Shown here in pieces: positions 36,326 through 46,449 of a stretch of 64,000 nt of DNA. The stretch is from Desulfobacteraceae bacterium (GTDB taxonomy: Bacteria; Desulfobacterota; Desulfobacteria; Desulfobacterales; SKZT01): positions 11,520 to 75,519 of the forward strand of contig JAABTQ010000003.1 in the NCBI GenBank assembly GCA_011389745.1, written 5' to 3'. A program made the translations under genes and the position numbers. Positions within the stretch are counted from its first letter, which is position 1. Each line of letters begins with the position of its first letter. The notes below the pieces were generated by a model, which was given only the letters and a program-made list of their open reading frames with translations, was not told the DNA's origin and searched no databases.

Positions 36326-36892
36326 ATGGCAATTATTTTTAACCGAAAAAGCGTTGTCGCTTTTTTTTGTTGGGCAATTTTATTTGCAACTCCAGGATAT
36401 TCCCAGCAGGCGCGACTGACAAACTTTCTAGTAACCAGCACCCGCGACGATCTCTTAATATTTTTGACCATCGAGGGAGCATTCACTGAAAATATGAAAG
36501 CAGCCATATTAAGCGGTGTTCCCACCACGGTTTCTTTTAATATATCCATTGATAAAATCAAAAACTTCTGGCTTAATCGAAAAATCGTCGACAAAAAAAT
36601 TAATCATACCATCAAGTACAACCCATTAAGAAAAGAGTTTACGGTTAAACGCTCATGGGAAAGTGACGCAATTATTACGGATTCTATTACTGAGGCCATA
36701 CATCTCATGGCCGATGTCGACAGTTTAAAAGTAGTTTCCCTAAGCATGTTAGAAAAAGGAGTACAGTATCAAATCAGAGCAAAGGCCAGGTTGGATAAAC
36801 TCACCCTTCCTTTTTATCTTCACTACGTGTTTTTCTTTTTATCAATGTGGGATTTTGAGACCGATTGGTATACTGTAAATTTTTATTATTGA
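36326..36892 (+). CDS. DUF4390-like periplasmic protein preceding ntrYX
   Basis: A signal peptide is followed by LTNFLVTSTRDDLLIFLTIEGAF. The synteny with NtrY/NtrX is typical for this family. Confidence 0.6.
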   Translation: MAIIFNRKSVVAFFCWAILFATPGYSQQARLTNFLVTSTRDDLLIFLTIEGAFTENMKAAILSGVPTTVSFNISIDKIKNFWLNRKIVDKKINHTIKYNPLRKEFTVKRSWESDAIITDSITEAIHLMADVDSLKVVSLSMLEKGVQYQIRAKARLDKLTLPFYLHYVFFFLSMWDFETDWYTVNFYY

Positions 36893-36920
36893 GCATATCA
36901 ACATTTTTATTGTTTCTTCA

Positions 36921-39158
36921 ATGACAATCGAAAGTAAATCAGAAAAATTCAATTCCCTTGCCTCGCTTCAGGACCATAAACGTCGAAAACGGGAGTTCAT
37001 ATTCGTTATTGCTATTTTAATTGTGGTAGCTATCCTGACCTTTGTCGTGAATCGGATAGTCAGCTTTGGACCCGATTTTCCGATATCCAATACCATTTTG
37101 ATGTTTGTTCTGATCAACGTGAATCTTTTGCTTCTTCTTTTACTCATTTTTCTGGTTTTCCGAAATCTGGTAAAACTGTTATACGACCGAAAACGTAAGG
37201 TGATCGGTACCAAACTTAGAACCCGACTGGTGGTATCATTTATTACACTGACGTTGCTGCCGACCACCGTGCTTTTTTTCTTTTCAATACATTTTATCAC
37301 CAAGAGCATTCAATTCTGGTTCAATGCGCCTGTCGAACAGGCCCTGGAAAACTCTCTTAAGGTTGGCAGACTTGTTTACAGCCACCTGGAGGATAACAAT
37401 CGTTTCTTTCTTGAACGAATCACTTATCAGGTAAAAACAAAAAATCTTCTTTTACCTGAAAAGATTGAGGACCTTAACAATTACATCCAGGTGGTTCAAC
37501 GCGCATTTAACCTTCACGCCGTTGAAATTTATGCGATCAATTCCAATAGGCTCGCTCTTTGTGTGGATAAAGATTTTGAAACCCAGATACCGGCAAAAGT
37601 CACTGCAAACAATTTACAAAAAGTGCCGGCTTCAGGAGGCATTCGCAGCATATCGGAAGAATTTAACGGTGGCGAAATTTTCAGGACTATCGGTACGGTT
37701 CCGTTCAAAGCCCAGGGAATGCAAGCCGAGGCTTTTGTGGTGCTGAGTGTCCTTATTCCTCCTGAACTTTTTAGGGACATGCAATCTATATCCGATGGTT
37801 TTCAAGAGTATCAACAGATTAAACTCTTAAAAGAACCCATACAGCTTACCTATTATGTAGCGCTTTCTATTGTTGCTTTGCTGGTTGTATTTTGTGCCAT
37901 ATGGATAGGCTTATATCTGGCAAAGACCATCAGTATTCCAATCATGCAACTTTCCGAAGCAACCGTGCGTGTTGCCGAAGGCGATCTGGATGTGGAAATT
38001 AATGTGGTAGCCGATGATGAAATCGGAAGCCTTGTAGATGCGTTTAACCGCATGACAAGAGATCTTCGAACCGGAAGAGAACAACTGGAACTTTCCGCAA
38101 GTATGCTCCGGGAAAGAAGCGTGGAAATCGAAAAGCGCCGAAAGTATATGGAAATAGTGCTTAAAAATGTCTCCACAGGTGTTATTACCATTGATGCCGA
38201 CGGCAATATTTCTTCTGTTAACAAGTCAGCCGAAAAAATGCTCCTTTTGAATTCAAAAAAACTTATCAATAAAAGCTTTAAGAGGCTTCTCAAAGGGCAG
38301 GATATTCAATGGGCGAGGCAAATACTGGAAGATCTGCGCATGTCTCGAAATAACGTTGCGGAAGTTTCCTTAAGAGTTGTTATAAACGGTAAGCCAAAAT
38401 CTTTTTTAGTCAATATCAATGCGTTAAGTGATGACATGAGCCAGCAAATAGGATTTGTGATTGTTCTCGATGACCTGACAGAGCTTGAAAAAGCGCAGCG
38501 AATGGCCGCTTGGCGTGAAGTTGCGCGAAGAATCGCGCATGAGGTAAAAAACCCTCTGACACCGATAACTCTTTCGGCCCAAAGGCTTCGACGCAAATAT
38601 GTCGACCATCTTGAAAGCCCGGTTTTCAATGAATGCACCCAGACCATTATCGACCAGGTGGCCCAAATTCGAAATCTGGTCAATGAATTTTCTCTGTTTG
38701 CAAAATTTCCAACAGCCAACCCCAAGCCGAGTGAGCTTGTTCCAATCATTAAGGATTCAATGGCGCTCTATCGGGAAGGCTACGAACTAGTCGAATTTAT
38801 ACTGGAAATTAAGGATATTATTCCGGTCCTCAACCTGGATGCCCAACAGATCAAGCAGGCCATGATCAATCTTGTGGATAATGCCATTGCCGCCATCAAA
38901 GAACACGGACATATATGGGTGACACTAACTCACGACCCGATTTTAAAACGAGTTCGTATCGAGGTGGCCGATGACGGAACAGGTATTTCCGATTTGAACA
39001 AAACCCGCTTGTTCGAACCGGATTTTTCAACTAAGAAGGCCGGCATGGGTCTTGGGTTGACAATTGTCAGCTCTATCATTGCCGATCACAATGGTGTTAT
39101 AAGTGTTCAAAGTAACAAACCCCATGGTGCAAAATTTGTTATTGAATTGCCGACATAG
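36921..39158 (+). CDS. ntrY: sensor histidine kinase, NtrY-like (TM-HAMP-PAS-HisKA-HATPase)
   Basis: It has N-terminal TM segments, a HAMP domain (VRVAEGDLDVEINV), a PAS region, the H-box HEVKNPLTPI, an N-box LVDNAI and the G-boxes DDGTGI and GMGLGL. Confidence 0.85.
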   Translation: MTIESKSEKFNSLASLQDHKRRKREFIFVIAILIVVAILTFVVNRIVSFGPDFPISNTILMFVLINVNLLLLLLLIFLVFRNLVKLLYDRKRKVIGTKLRTRLVVSFITLTLLPTTVLFFFSIHFITKSIQFWFNAPVEQALENSLKVGRLVYSHLEDNNRFFLERITYQVKTKNLLLPEKIEDLNNYIQVVQRAFNLHAVEIYAINSNRLALCVDKDFETQIPAKVTANNLQKVPASGGIRSISEEFNGGEIFRTIGTVPFKAQGMQAEAFVVLSVLIPPELFRDMQSISDGFQEYQQIKLLKEPIQLTYYVALSIVALLVVFCAIWIGLYLAKTISIPIMQLSEATVRVAEGDLDVEINVVADDEIGSLVDAFNRMTRDLRTGREQLELSASMLRERSVEIEKRRKYMEIVLKNVSTGVITIDADGNISSVNKSAEKMLLLNSKKLINKSFKRLLKGQDIQWARQILEDLRMSRNNVAEVSLRVVINGKPKSFLVNINALSDDMSQQIGFVIVLDDLTELEKAQRMAAWREVARRIAHEVKNPLTPITLSAQRLRRKYVDHLESPVFNECTQTIIDQVAQIRNLVNEFSLFAKFPTANPKPSELVPIIKDSMALYREGYELVEFILEIKDIIPVLNLDAQQIKQAMINLVDNAIAAIKEHGHIWVTLTHDPILKRVRIEVADDGTGISDLNKTRLFEPDFSTKKAGMGLGLTIVSSIIADHNGVISVQSNKPHGAKFVIELPT

Positions 39159-39188
39159 TCTCTTTAACCATTTATGGAGTAAAATTAA

Positions 39189-40544
39189 ATGTTTCCATCC
39201 ATTTTAATTGTTGATGACGAACCCTCTATACTAAAGTCTCTTGTAGGAATTCTTTCCGATGAAGGATTTGAGGTGACAACGGCCCTGAACGGTTATGAAG
39301 CTCTAAAGATTATTGATACCGAATCACCTGACCTCGTGCTTTTAGACATCTGGATGCCTGGTATTGATGGAATTGAAACCCTGAAACAAATCAAAAAGGA
39401 TAATCCATTTATCCAGGTAATCATTATCACCGGCCATGGAACAATCGAAACCGCGGTTCAGGCTACCAAACTGGGCGCTTTTGATTTAATCGAAAAACCG
39501 CTTTCCATAGATAAAATTATCCTTGGGATTAACAATGCCCTGAATTTCAGGCGTCTGGAGGAAGAAAACAAATACCTTCGTAAAAAAACCATGGAAAAGC
39601 ATTCAATTACCGGCATCAGCCATCCTATCCAAGAATTAAAAAAACAGATTGCAACAGCGGCGCCGTCAGACACCTGGATTTTAATCACAGGCGAAAACGG
39701 CTCCGGCAAAGAGTTGGTGGCCAGGAATATACATCAGTTCAGCACTCGTGTGGAAAATCCTTTGATAGATGTCAGTTGTGCGGCCATTCCCGAAGAACTA
39801 ATAGAAAGCGAGCTTTTCGGGCATGAAAAAGGAGCTTTTCCAGGGGCAACCACCAAAAAACGCGGCAAATTTGAGCTGGCTGAAAAAGGAACTCTTTTTC
39901 TTGATGAAATTGGTGATATGAACTTAAAGACCCAGGCCAAAATCCTGAGAGTCTTGCAGGAAAAACAGTTCCAGCGGCTCGGGTCTGACAGAATCATCGA
40001 GGTGGATGTCAGGGTGATCGCCGCTACCAACAAAAACCTTGAAAATGAAATCGAAAAGGGAAATTTTCGTAAAGAACTTTTTTACAGGCTTAATGTGCTT
40101 CCCATTCGGGTACCACCCCTAAGGGAGCGTGTCGAGGATTTAAGCCTTCTTGCAGATATTTTTTTTGATGAATACTCCCAAAAAAATCGAAGCAATAAAA
40201 AAAATATTTCCCAGTCCGCACTGGATGTGCTTTCCGGATATTCCTGGCCTGGAAATGTCAGAGAATTAAAAAACCTGATAGAGCGACTGACCATTATGGT
40301 TCAAAAAGATACCATTGAAGTGGAAGATCTTCCGGTAGTATACCATCCCCAAAACAAAAATCCGCTCATCGGCATTTCCGAGACGGACCTGTTTCAAATA
40401 CAGAGCTTGAAAGAAGCACAGATAGCATTCGAGAGAGAATTTATCCGGCGCAGGATGAAGGAAAACAATAACGATATTGATCAAACAGCTAAAAACCTTG
40501 GTAGTGATGTAAAGTACCTGAAAAAGAGGTTGGGAAAAAGGTAG
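39189..40544 (+). CDS. ntrX: REC-AAA+-HTH response regulator, NtrX-like enhancer-binding protein
   Basis: The receiver domain has DLVLLDIWMPGIDG. The AAA+ domain has Walker A GENGSGKE, Walker B LFLDEIGDM and a GAFPGA loop in place of GAFTGA. A C-terminal HTH is present. Confidence 0.85.
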   Translation: MFPSILIVDDEPSILKSLVGILSDEGFEVTTALNGYEALKIIDTESPDLVLLDIWMPGIDGIETLKQIKKDNPFIQVIIITGHGTIETAVQATKLGAFDLIEKPLSIDKIILGINNALNFRRLEEENKYLRKKTMEKHSITGISHPIQELKKQIATAAPSDTWILITGENGSGKELVARNIHQFSTRVENPLIDVSCAAIPEELIESELFGHEKGAFPGATTKKRGKFELAEKGTLFLDEIGDMNLKTQAKILRVLQEKQFQRLGSDRIIEVDVRVIAATNKNLENEIEKGNFRKELFYRLNVLPIRVPPLRERVEDLSLLADIFFDEYSQKNRSNKKNISQSALDVLSGYSWPGNVRELKNLIERLTIMVQKDTIEVEDLPVVYHPQNKNPLIGISETDLFQIQSLKEAQIAFEREFIRRRMKENNNDIDQTAKNLGSDVKYLKKRLGKR

Positions 40545-40566
40545 ATATTTAAAAGGATACTATTTT

Positions 40567-41127
40567 TTGAGAATTATTGGCGGAAAATTTAAAGGAAGGC
40601 GGCTTTTTTCAGTAAAAGGCTTCAGGGTACGTCCCACAAAAGACAAGCACCGGGAATCCATTTTCAACATGATTTCTCAGGATATTGCAGGGACAACGGT
40701 TCTGGATCTTTTTGCAGGGACAGGCGCGCTCGGCATTGAAGCGCTAAGCCGGGGAGCGGATTTTGCCGTATTTGTCGATAGCTATCCTTATGCCTTGTCA
40801 GCTATTTCGAAAAATATACAAGCGTGTCACCTGGAATCCAGAGCAAAAATTTTTAGATGGAACATATTGAAAAATTTAAATTGTTTAAATCCATACAAGT
40901 TTGATCTGGTTTTAATGGACCCTCCCTATAACATTGCAGCTGTGGCCCACTCGCTTTTAAATCTTCAGCAAAGTGAATGTCTGAAAAATGAAGCGGTGGT
41001 TGTTGTTGAGCATGCTTTGGATGAACCTTTTCCTGATCAACTTATAAGTTTTAAGCAATATGACCAGCGACGCTACGGAAAAACCCTTGTTTCTTTTTTC
41101 AATTTTATGCTAATGGAATCCGCTTGA
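40567..41127 (+). CDS. rsmD: 16S rRNA (guanine966-N2)-methyltransferase
   Basis: RIIGGKFKGRRL, DLFAGTGALGIEALSRG and DPPY motifs are present. The start is TTG. Confidence 0.88.
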   Translation: MRIIGGKFKGRRLFSVKGFRVRPTKDKHRESIFNMISQDIAGTTVLDLFAGTGALGIEALSRGADFAVFVDSYPYALSAISKNIQACHLESRAKIFRWNILKNLNCLNPYKFDLVLMDPPYNIAAVAHSLLNLQQSECLKNEAVVVVEHALDEPFPDQLISFKQYDQRRYGKTLVSFFNFMLMESA

Positions 41128-41207
41128 TGAGGTATAAAAATGAGACATGAATTGGATTTTGTTTAACTTTTTTTATCAATTTACATGAAGCCGGAATAAA
41201 ACAATCT

Positions 41208-41699
41208 ATGAACAGTGCTGCCATATACCCCGGATCTTTTGATCCCGTAACAAACGGACATCTGGACATTATAGAAAGAGGTCTTAAACTATTTGACAAG
41301 GTCATCGTAGCCATATTGATCAATCCGGCCAAACAGTCCCAGGCACTTTTTAGTGTTGAAGAGCGAATTGACATGCTGGCAATCAGCTTGAAAGGAATTC
41401 CAAATGTGGAAGTCGATTATTTCGACGGACTTTTGGTTGATTATGCGGCAAAAAAAAATGCCACTGCGATTTTGCGGGGCATGCGGGCTGTTTCGGATTT
41501 TGAATATGAATTTCAGCTGGCTTTGATGAATAGAAGGCTCAATCGCGATATTCAAACTGTATTCTTGATGACCGGATTTCGATGGATTTTTACCAGCTCA
41601 TCAATTATCAAGGAAGCCGCCAGATTTGGAGGAGATGTAACCAGTATGGTGCCGGATGTTGTCAATCAAAAGTTAAAAGAAAAGTTTAGCAAATTCTGA
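41208..41699 (+). CDS. coaD: phosphopantetheine adenylyltransferase
   Basis: AIYPGSFDPVTNGHLDII (HxGH) is present, together with an ISSS-type SSSIIKE motif. Confidence 0.95.
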   Translation: MNSAAIYPGSFDPVTNGHLDIIERGLKLFDKVIVAILINPAKQSQALFSVEERIDMLAISLKGIPNVEVDYFDGLLVDYAAKKNATAILRGMRAVSDFEYEFQLALMNRRLNRDIQTVFLMTGFRWIFTSSSIIKEAARFGGDVTSMVPDVVNQKLKEKFSKF

Positions 41700-41715
41700 T
41701 CAGATTAGGAAAAAG

Positions 41716-42639
41716 ATGGATCTCTGGCAGTTGAATATTTTTTGTAAAGTCGTGGAACTGAAAAGTTTCTCCCTGGCCGGAAAAACGGTCCATCTTTCTC
41801 AACCTACGGTTAGCAGCCATATCAAAGATTTGGAGGACCACTTCAGTTGCAGATTAATCGACCGTTTGGCCAAAGAGGCGGTTCCTACAAAGGCTGGTGA
41901 AATTCTTTATCGCTATGCCACACGCCTTCTATCACTGAAAGATGAAGCTGAAATCGCTTTGGCTGAATTTCACGGAAAAATTAAGGGCCGGCTTATGGTT
42001 GGAGGGAGTACCATTCCCGGAGTTTATATTTTACCTAAAATGATCGGTGCTTTTATCCAGCGCTACCCGGACGTTACCGTATCTCTGGTTAATGGAGATA
42101 CTGAAGAAATCAACAAACATATTCTCGAAGGATATCTTGAGTTTGGTGTGGTCGGTGCAGTTGCCGGCGACAAAAGAATTTTACAGGAAAAACTTCTCGA
42201 AGACGAACTTCGTCTGGTGGTGCCTGCAGGACATAAATGGAAAAATAGAAGAACAATAAGGCCGGATATGCTTTTGAAAGAACCTTTTATCTCCCGGGAA
42301 GCGGGTTCAGGTACACTCCTTTCTATCCAGGAAAGTCTCCACAAAATCGGATACAATTTAAGCGATTTAAATATCGTCTCGGAAATGGGCAGTACTGAAG
42401 CGGTTATCCAGGGGATCAAAAGCCAAGTGGGCGTATCCATTTTATCTCCGGTAGCAATTACGGAAGAACTTCGTACAGGAATGCTAAAGGCACTGGCCAT
42501 AGATAACCTTAATTTGAAACGAAATTTTTTTCTCTCTTTTCATAAGCACCGCAGTGGTTCTCCATTAGGCCAGGTCTTTATGCAATTTTTAAAAGATGAG
42601 TGTAATGGATCTTTTCTTGGATTGCCGGAGAGCATCTGA
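41716..42639 (+). CDS. LysR-family transcriptional regulator
   Basis: The N-terminal wHTH FSLAGKTVHLSQPTVSSHIKDLE is followed by a LysR substrate-binding domain. Confidence 0.9.
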   Translation: MDLWQLNIFCKVVELKSFSLAGKTVHLSQPTVSSHIKDLEDHFSCRLIDRLAKEAVPTKAGEILYRYATRLLSLKDEAEIALAEFHGKIKGRLMVGGSTIPGVYILPKMIGAFIQRYPDVTVSLVNGDTEEINKHILEGYLEFGVVGAVAGDKRILQEKLLEDELRLVVPAGHKWKNRRTIRPDMLLKEPFISREAGSGTLLSIQESLHKIGYNLSDLNIVSEMGSTEAVIQGIKSQVGVSILSPVAITEELRTGMLKALAIDNLNLKRNFFLSFHKHRSGSPLGQVFMQFLKDECNGSFLGLPESI

Positions 42640-42659
42640 TATCTGAAACAATAAAAACT

Positions 42660-44828
42660 ATGATCATACCATTTTCTGAAAATGCCAAAATCGTTTTAAG
42701 GCGACGATATTTAAAAAAGGATTCCGAGGGGAACCCTATTGAAAGTCCTGAACAAATGTTTGAAAGGGTTGCTAAGGCGGTTGCTTTTGCGGACATCCTT
42801 TTTGACCCGAAGGCGGATATCCGGAAAACCCGGGAAAAATTTCTAAATATGATGACCTCCCTTTGGTTTCTTCCCAACTCCCCTACACTCATGAATGCCG
42901 GAAGGGAAATCGGACAACTTGCGGCCTGTTTTGTACTCCCTATTGAAGATTCCATGGAAGGAATCTTCAATACGCTGAAAAATACCGCTATCATACATAA
43001 AAGCGGAGGGGGAACCGGTTTTTCCTTTTCCCGCATCCGACCTGCTAACGATATTGTCAGATCTACCGCTGGAGTTTCCAGCGGCCCCATATCTTTTATG
43101 GCTGTTTATGATGCCTCTACCGAGACAGTCAAACAGGGAGCAACACGTCGGGGAGCTAACATGGCGGTGCTTCGCGTGGATCATCCTGATATCGAATCTT
43201 TCATCACTGCAAAAAATGATCTGACACGTTTAAACAATTTTAATATTTCCGTTGCGGTAACAAGACAATTTATGGATGCCTTGAAAAAAGGGAAAGATTA
43301 CGAACTGATCAATCCCAGGACAGGTAAAACGGTTAACAATATTTCATCTGAAAAAATATTCGATATGATCGTCACCTCCGCCTGGCAAACCGGAGAACCC
43401 GGCATCATTTTCATAGATCGAATCAATGATAACAACACTACCCCTGGACTTGGAGAAATCGAAGCCACTAACCCATGCGGCGAACAACCCCTTCTTCCCT
43501 ATGAATCCTGCACTTTAGGCTCCATTAATCTTTCCCTTATGGTAAAGGATCACGCCATTGACTTTTCACGGCTTAAAGAAGTCATTCATGACGCTGTTCA
43601 TTTTCTTGATAATATCGTGGAAATCAATAAATATCCTTTAAGCACCATTGAAGAGATGACCAAAAAAAACCGTAAAATCGGACTGGGAGTTATGGGCTTT
43701 TCAGATATGCTTATCCGGATGAATATTGCTTATGACTCTGAGAAAGCAGTTGAACAGGCGGAAAGTGTTATGTCTTTTATTCGGGAGGAATCCAGGGCAG
43801 CATCAGAAACCCTCGCCAAAACCAGGGGAAATTTTCCTGCTTACAATAAGAGCATTTTCGATTCTTCATCAACTCCTTATATGAGAAATGCTACCACTAC
43901 GACTATTGCCCCCACAGGTAGTATTAGTATTATCGCGGGTACTTCCAGCGGAATTGAACCGTTGTTCGCAATTGCCCATATGCGACGGATTCTGGAAGGC
44001 GAAACCCTTTTTGAAATGCATCCCATTTTCATTCAAATGGCTCATGAACAAGGATTTTACAACGACGAACTGGCAGCAGAGATTGCAAAAACCGGCTCCA
44101 TTAAAGATATCCTCCTGATTCCTGAATCCACTCGAAATATTTTTAAAACCTCCCATGACATCTTGCCCGAATGGCATATCAGAATTCAGGCTGCTTTCCA
44201 GAAATTTACCGACAATGCAGTTTCAAAAACGATTAATTTTTCTTCGGAGGCTACCCGCGAGGATGTAAAACAAGCTTACTTGTCAGCCTATAAAAGCGGA
44301 TGCAAAGGATTGACCATTTACCGTGATGGAAGCCGTCAGGATCAGGTTCTTTGTTTAAGCAAAGAAAAGACGGACGCTGAAAAAATTGTACCCCGTCCGC
44401 GACCTAAACGTACTTTTGGGTTTACTGAGCGCATTCGAACAGGATGCGGCAATCTTTATGTCACCATCAACTCCGATAATGAAGGCATATGCGAAGTGTT
44501 CGGGAAAATGGGAAAAACCGGCGGTTGCGCGTCTTCCCAGATTGAATCCGTGGGCAGGCTCATTTCTTTAGCCCTTCGCTCCGGTGTGACGACCGAGGCT
44601 ATCATTAAGCAACTTGTGGGAATCAGATGCCCTTCTCCGGCATGGGAAAACGGTCAAATGGTTCACTCCTGCCATGATGCGATCGCCCTAGTGTTGAAAA
44701 ATTTTATCGGATCGAATCTTATCGTGAAACAGTCAGCAATGGGGGTGTGTCCGGAATGCAGCGGTCCGCTGGTCCATGAGGAAGGGTGTCTCATCTGCCA
44801 CTCATGCGGCTATTCCAAGTGCAACTAA
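42660..44828 (+). CDS. nrdJ: class II (adenosylcobalamin-dependent) ribonucleotide reductase
   Basis: The active-site segment is NPCGEQPLLPYESCTLGSINL. TIAPTGSISI is present, and a C-terminal Cys cluster CPECSGPLVHEEGCLICHSCG. The length is 722 aa. Confidence 0.92.
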   Translation: MIIPFSENAKIVLRRRYLKKDSEGNPIESPEQMFERVAKAVAFADILFDPKADIRKTREKFLNMMTSLWFLPNSPTLMNAGREIGQLAACFVLPIEDSMEGIFNTLKNTAIIHKSGGGTGFSFSRIRPANDIVRSTAGVSSGPISFMAVYDASTETVKQGATRRGANMAVLRVDHPDIESFITAKNDLTRLNNFNISVAVTRQFMDALKKGKDYELINPRTGKTVNNISSEKIFDMIVTSAWQTGEPGIIFIDRINDNNTTPGLGEIEATNPCGEQPLLPYESCTLGSINLSLMVKDHAIDFSRLKEVIHDAVHFLDNIVEINKYPLSTIEEMTKKNRKIGLGVMGFSDMLIRMNIAYDSEKAVEQAESVMSFIREESRAASETLAKTRGNFPAYNKSIFDSSSTPYMRNATTTTIAPTGSISIIAGTSSGIEPLFAIAHMRRILEGETLFEMHPIFIQMAHEQGFYNDELAAEIAKTGSIKDILLIPESTRNIFKTSHDILPEWHIRIQAAFQKFTDNAVSKTINFSSEATREDVKQAYLSAYKSGCKGLTIYRDGSRQDQVLCLSKEKTDAEKIVPRPRPKRTFGFTERIRTGCGNLYVTINSDNEGICEVFGKMGKTGGCASSQIESVGRLISLALRSGVTTEAIIKQLVGIRCPSPAWENGQMVHSCHDAIALVLKNFIGSNLIVKQSAMGVCPECSGPLVHEEGCLICHSCGYSKCN

Positions 44829-44838
44829 AAATAAAGCG

Positions 44839-45495
44839 TTAATCCTGCCATCCATATTCTCCCACCAGCTTTACAAAACGGCATCCACCCAGCGTGGTCT
44901 GATGAATACCCTTTTCATCCCGATAAATTTTGATCAGCTCTTGTGTGTGCTGATCCCCAACAGGAATGACCATTCTTCCACCCATAGCCAACTGATTGAC
45001 CAGGAGGTAAGGAACATCGGGTGATCCTGCGGTAACCATGATGGCATCAAAAGGGCTATGTTCTTTCCAGCCAAGTGTGCCGTCGGCCAGTTTTGTCACA
45101 ATATTATGATATCCAAGTTCAGAAAAAATTTTCCGGGCGCGAATCAAAAGTTTATGAATTCTTTCAACGGTGAAAACTTTATAAGCAATTTCTGCCAGGA
45201 TGGCAGCCTGGTATCCTGATCCGGTACCTATCTCCAGCACCCGATCGTTTTCCGTAAGCGCAAGAGCCTGAGTCATTTCGGCAACAATGAAAGGTTGTGA
45301 AATAGTCTGCTGTTCGCCAATGGGAAGGGGAAAATCACTGTAAGCCTGATCCATGAGTGCTTCACTGACAAACAGGTGCCGTTTTACTTTTAAAAAAGCG
45401 GCAAGGACTCTGGGATCTTCAATACCACGACTTTCAATATGTTCCTTTACCATGCGCTCCCGAAGGCGCTTGTATTTCAAATCCTCCTGTTCCAT
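44839..45495 (-). CDS. pcm: protein-L-isoaspartate O-methyltransferase
   Basis: ISQPFIVAEM and the SAM motif VLEIGTGSGYQAAILA are present. Confidence 0.93.
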   Translation of the reverse strand: MEQEDLKYKRLRERMVKEHIESRGIEDPRVLAAFLKVKRHLFVSEALMDQAYSDFPLPIGEQQTISQPFIVAEMTQALALTENDRVLEIGTGSGYQAAILAEIAYKVFTVERIHKLLIRARKIFSELGYHNIVTKLADGTLGWKEHSPFDAIMVTAGSPDVPYLLVNQLAMGGRMVIPVGDQHTQELIKIYRDEKGIHQTTLGGCRFVKLVGEYGWQD

Positions 45496-45603
45496 AAAAT
45501 AATCACCTATTAAAACTTTAAGCTCAAAATTAAGCAGAAAATGCCGACATAACGGGGGTAGTCATCACACCGCAATACCATTGTGTCAATCCCTATCCGT
45601 TAA

Positions 45604-46197
45604 CTATATTTTATAAATAATTCGTTTCTCAGTGATAATGATATCCACATGCTTGTCATGTGATTCCATGGGTACTTGCGGCAAAATTTGATCTTCAAAT
45701 GCAAGGGCCACTTTTCTAGTGGTGATGGGGATTTTCGGAATGAACCGATCGTAGTAGCCTTCACCGGACCCGATCCTGCCCCCTTTTTCATCCAGGGCTA
45801 CAGCTGGAATCAGGGCGATATCCAGGCAATCCATTGGAACCACCTTACATTTTGCCGGGTTTGGTTCCGGAATTTGCCTCGGTCCGAGAATTATGTCCAC
45901 AGAAGGATTTTCTATTTTGTAAAGCTTTATTTTATATCGTGTAGTTTCGAATGCCGGAAGTACTACAATTTTATTGTAGTCAAAACACCTTCGTAAGATG
46001 CCTTCGGTGCGAACCTCATTTTTTGATGCCACGTAAAGGAGGACGACCTTTGCTTCGAGAAAATTCGCAAATTCAAACACCCGATTTTCAATTCCTCGTG
46101 TTTTTTCTGCTTTTTCTTCCGTGGAAAGGGTTTCAAGGCTGTTTGTTATGCCTTGACGAATTTCCTGCTTTTTTTCGAAAATTTCGTCCATACGCAT
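45604..46197 (-). CDS. 5-formyltetrahydrofolate cyclo-ligase
   Basis: The C-terminal GGRIGSGEGYYDRF motif is present and the length (197 aa) fits. Confidence 0.88.
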   Translation of the reverse strand: MRMDEIFEKKQEIRQGITNSLETLSTEEKAEKTRGIENRVFEFANFLEAKVVLLYVASKNEVRTEGILRRCFDYNKIVVLPAFETTRYKIKLYKIENPSVDIILGPRQIPEPNPAKCKVVPMDCLDIALIPAVALDEKGGRIGSGEGYYDRFIPKIPITTRKVALAFEDQILPQVPMESHDKHVDIIITEKRIIYKI

Positions 46198-46241
46198 TCT
46201 CCCTCTGATGATTTCCTGTCACCTTTTACGCTTTTTAATAC

Positions 46242-46256
46242 AGCATTGTCAATGCT
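46242..46256. promoter_or_regulatory. 15-nt perfect palindrome in divergent serS / cyclo-ligase control region
   Basis: The palindrome is AGCATTG-T-CAATGCT. On the minus strand it contains TTGACA, about 50 nt upstream of the cyclo-ligase start. Confidence 0.35.
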
Positions 46257-46449
46257 CATTAATTATTGACGAAACACCATGATCATGTTACAAGCCAAGC
46301 CTTGGTCAAACCCTGATGAGTACCTGAAACATCAAATATTTATATTTTTTTTAACAGCATTCGAATAATAGTCATATAGTTTTTCATCCATACATTTTTT
46401 TATACCCTAATAACAAAAAATAAATTAATTGGGTATTATAGGATTTATT

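Noticed and set aside
42640-42659. A cobalamin riboswitch might be expected in front of B12-dependent nrdJ, and likewise in front of the Ni/Co ECF transporter at 28901-29083.
   Set aside because: The gap before nrdJ is only 20 nt. The ~180-nt region before nikK is too short and lacks any B12-box-like GCCACTG core.
46198-46449. A 6S RNA (ssrS) might be expected upstream of the 5-formyltetrahydrofolate cyclo-ligase gene, a synteny known from many proteobacteria.
   Set aside because: The minus-strand sequence is AT-rich. It lacks complementary 5'/3' closing-stem segments and any long irregular hairpin with a central bubble. The similar end motifs are direct repeats, not inverted. A covariance-model scan would be needed to exclude 6S RNA formally.
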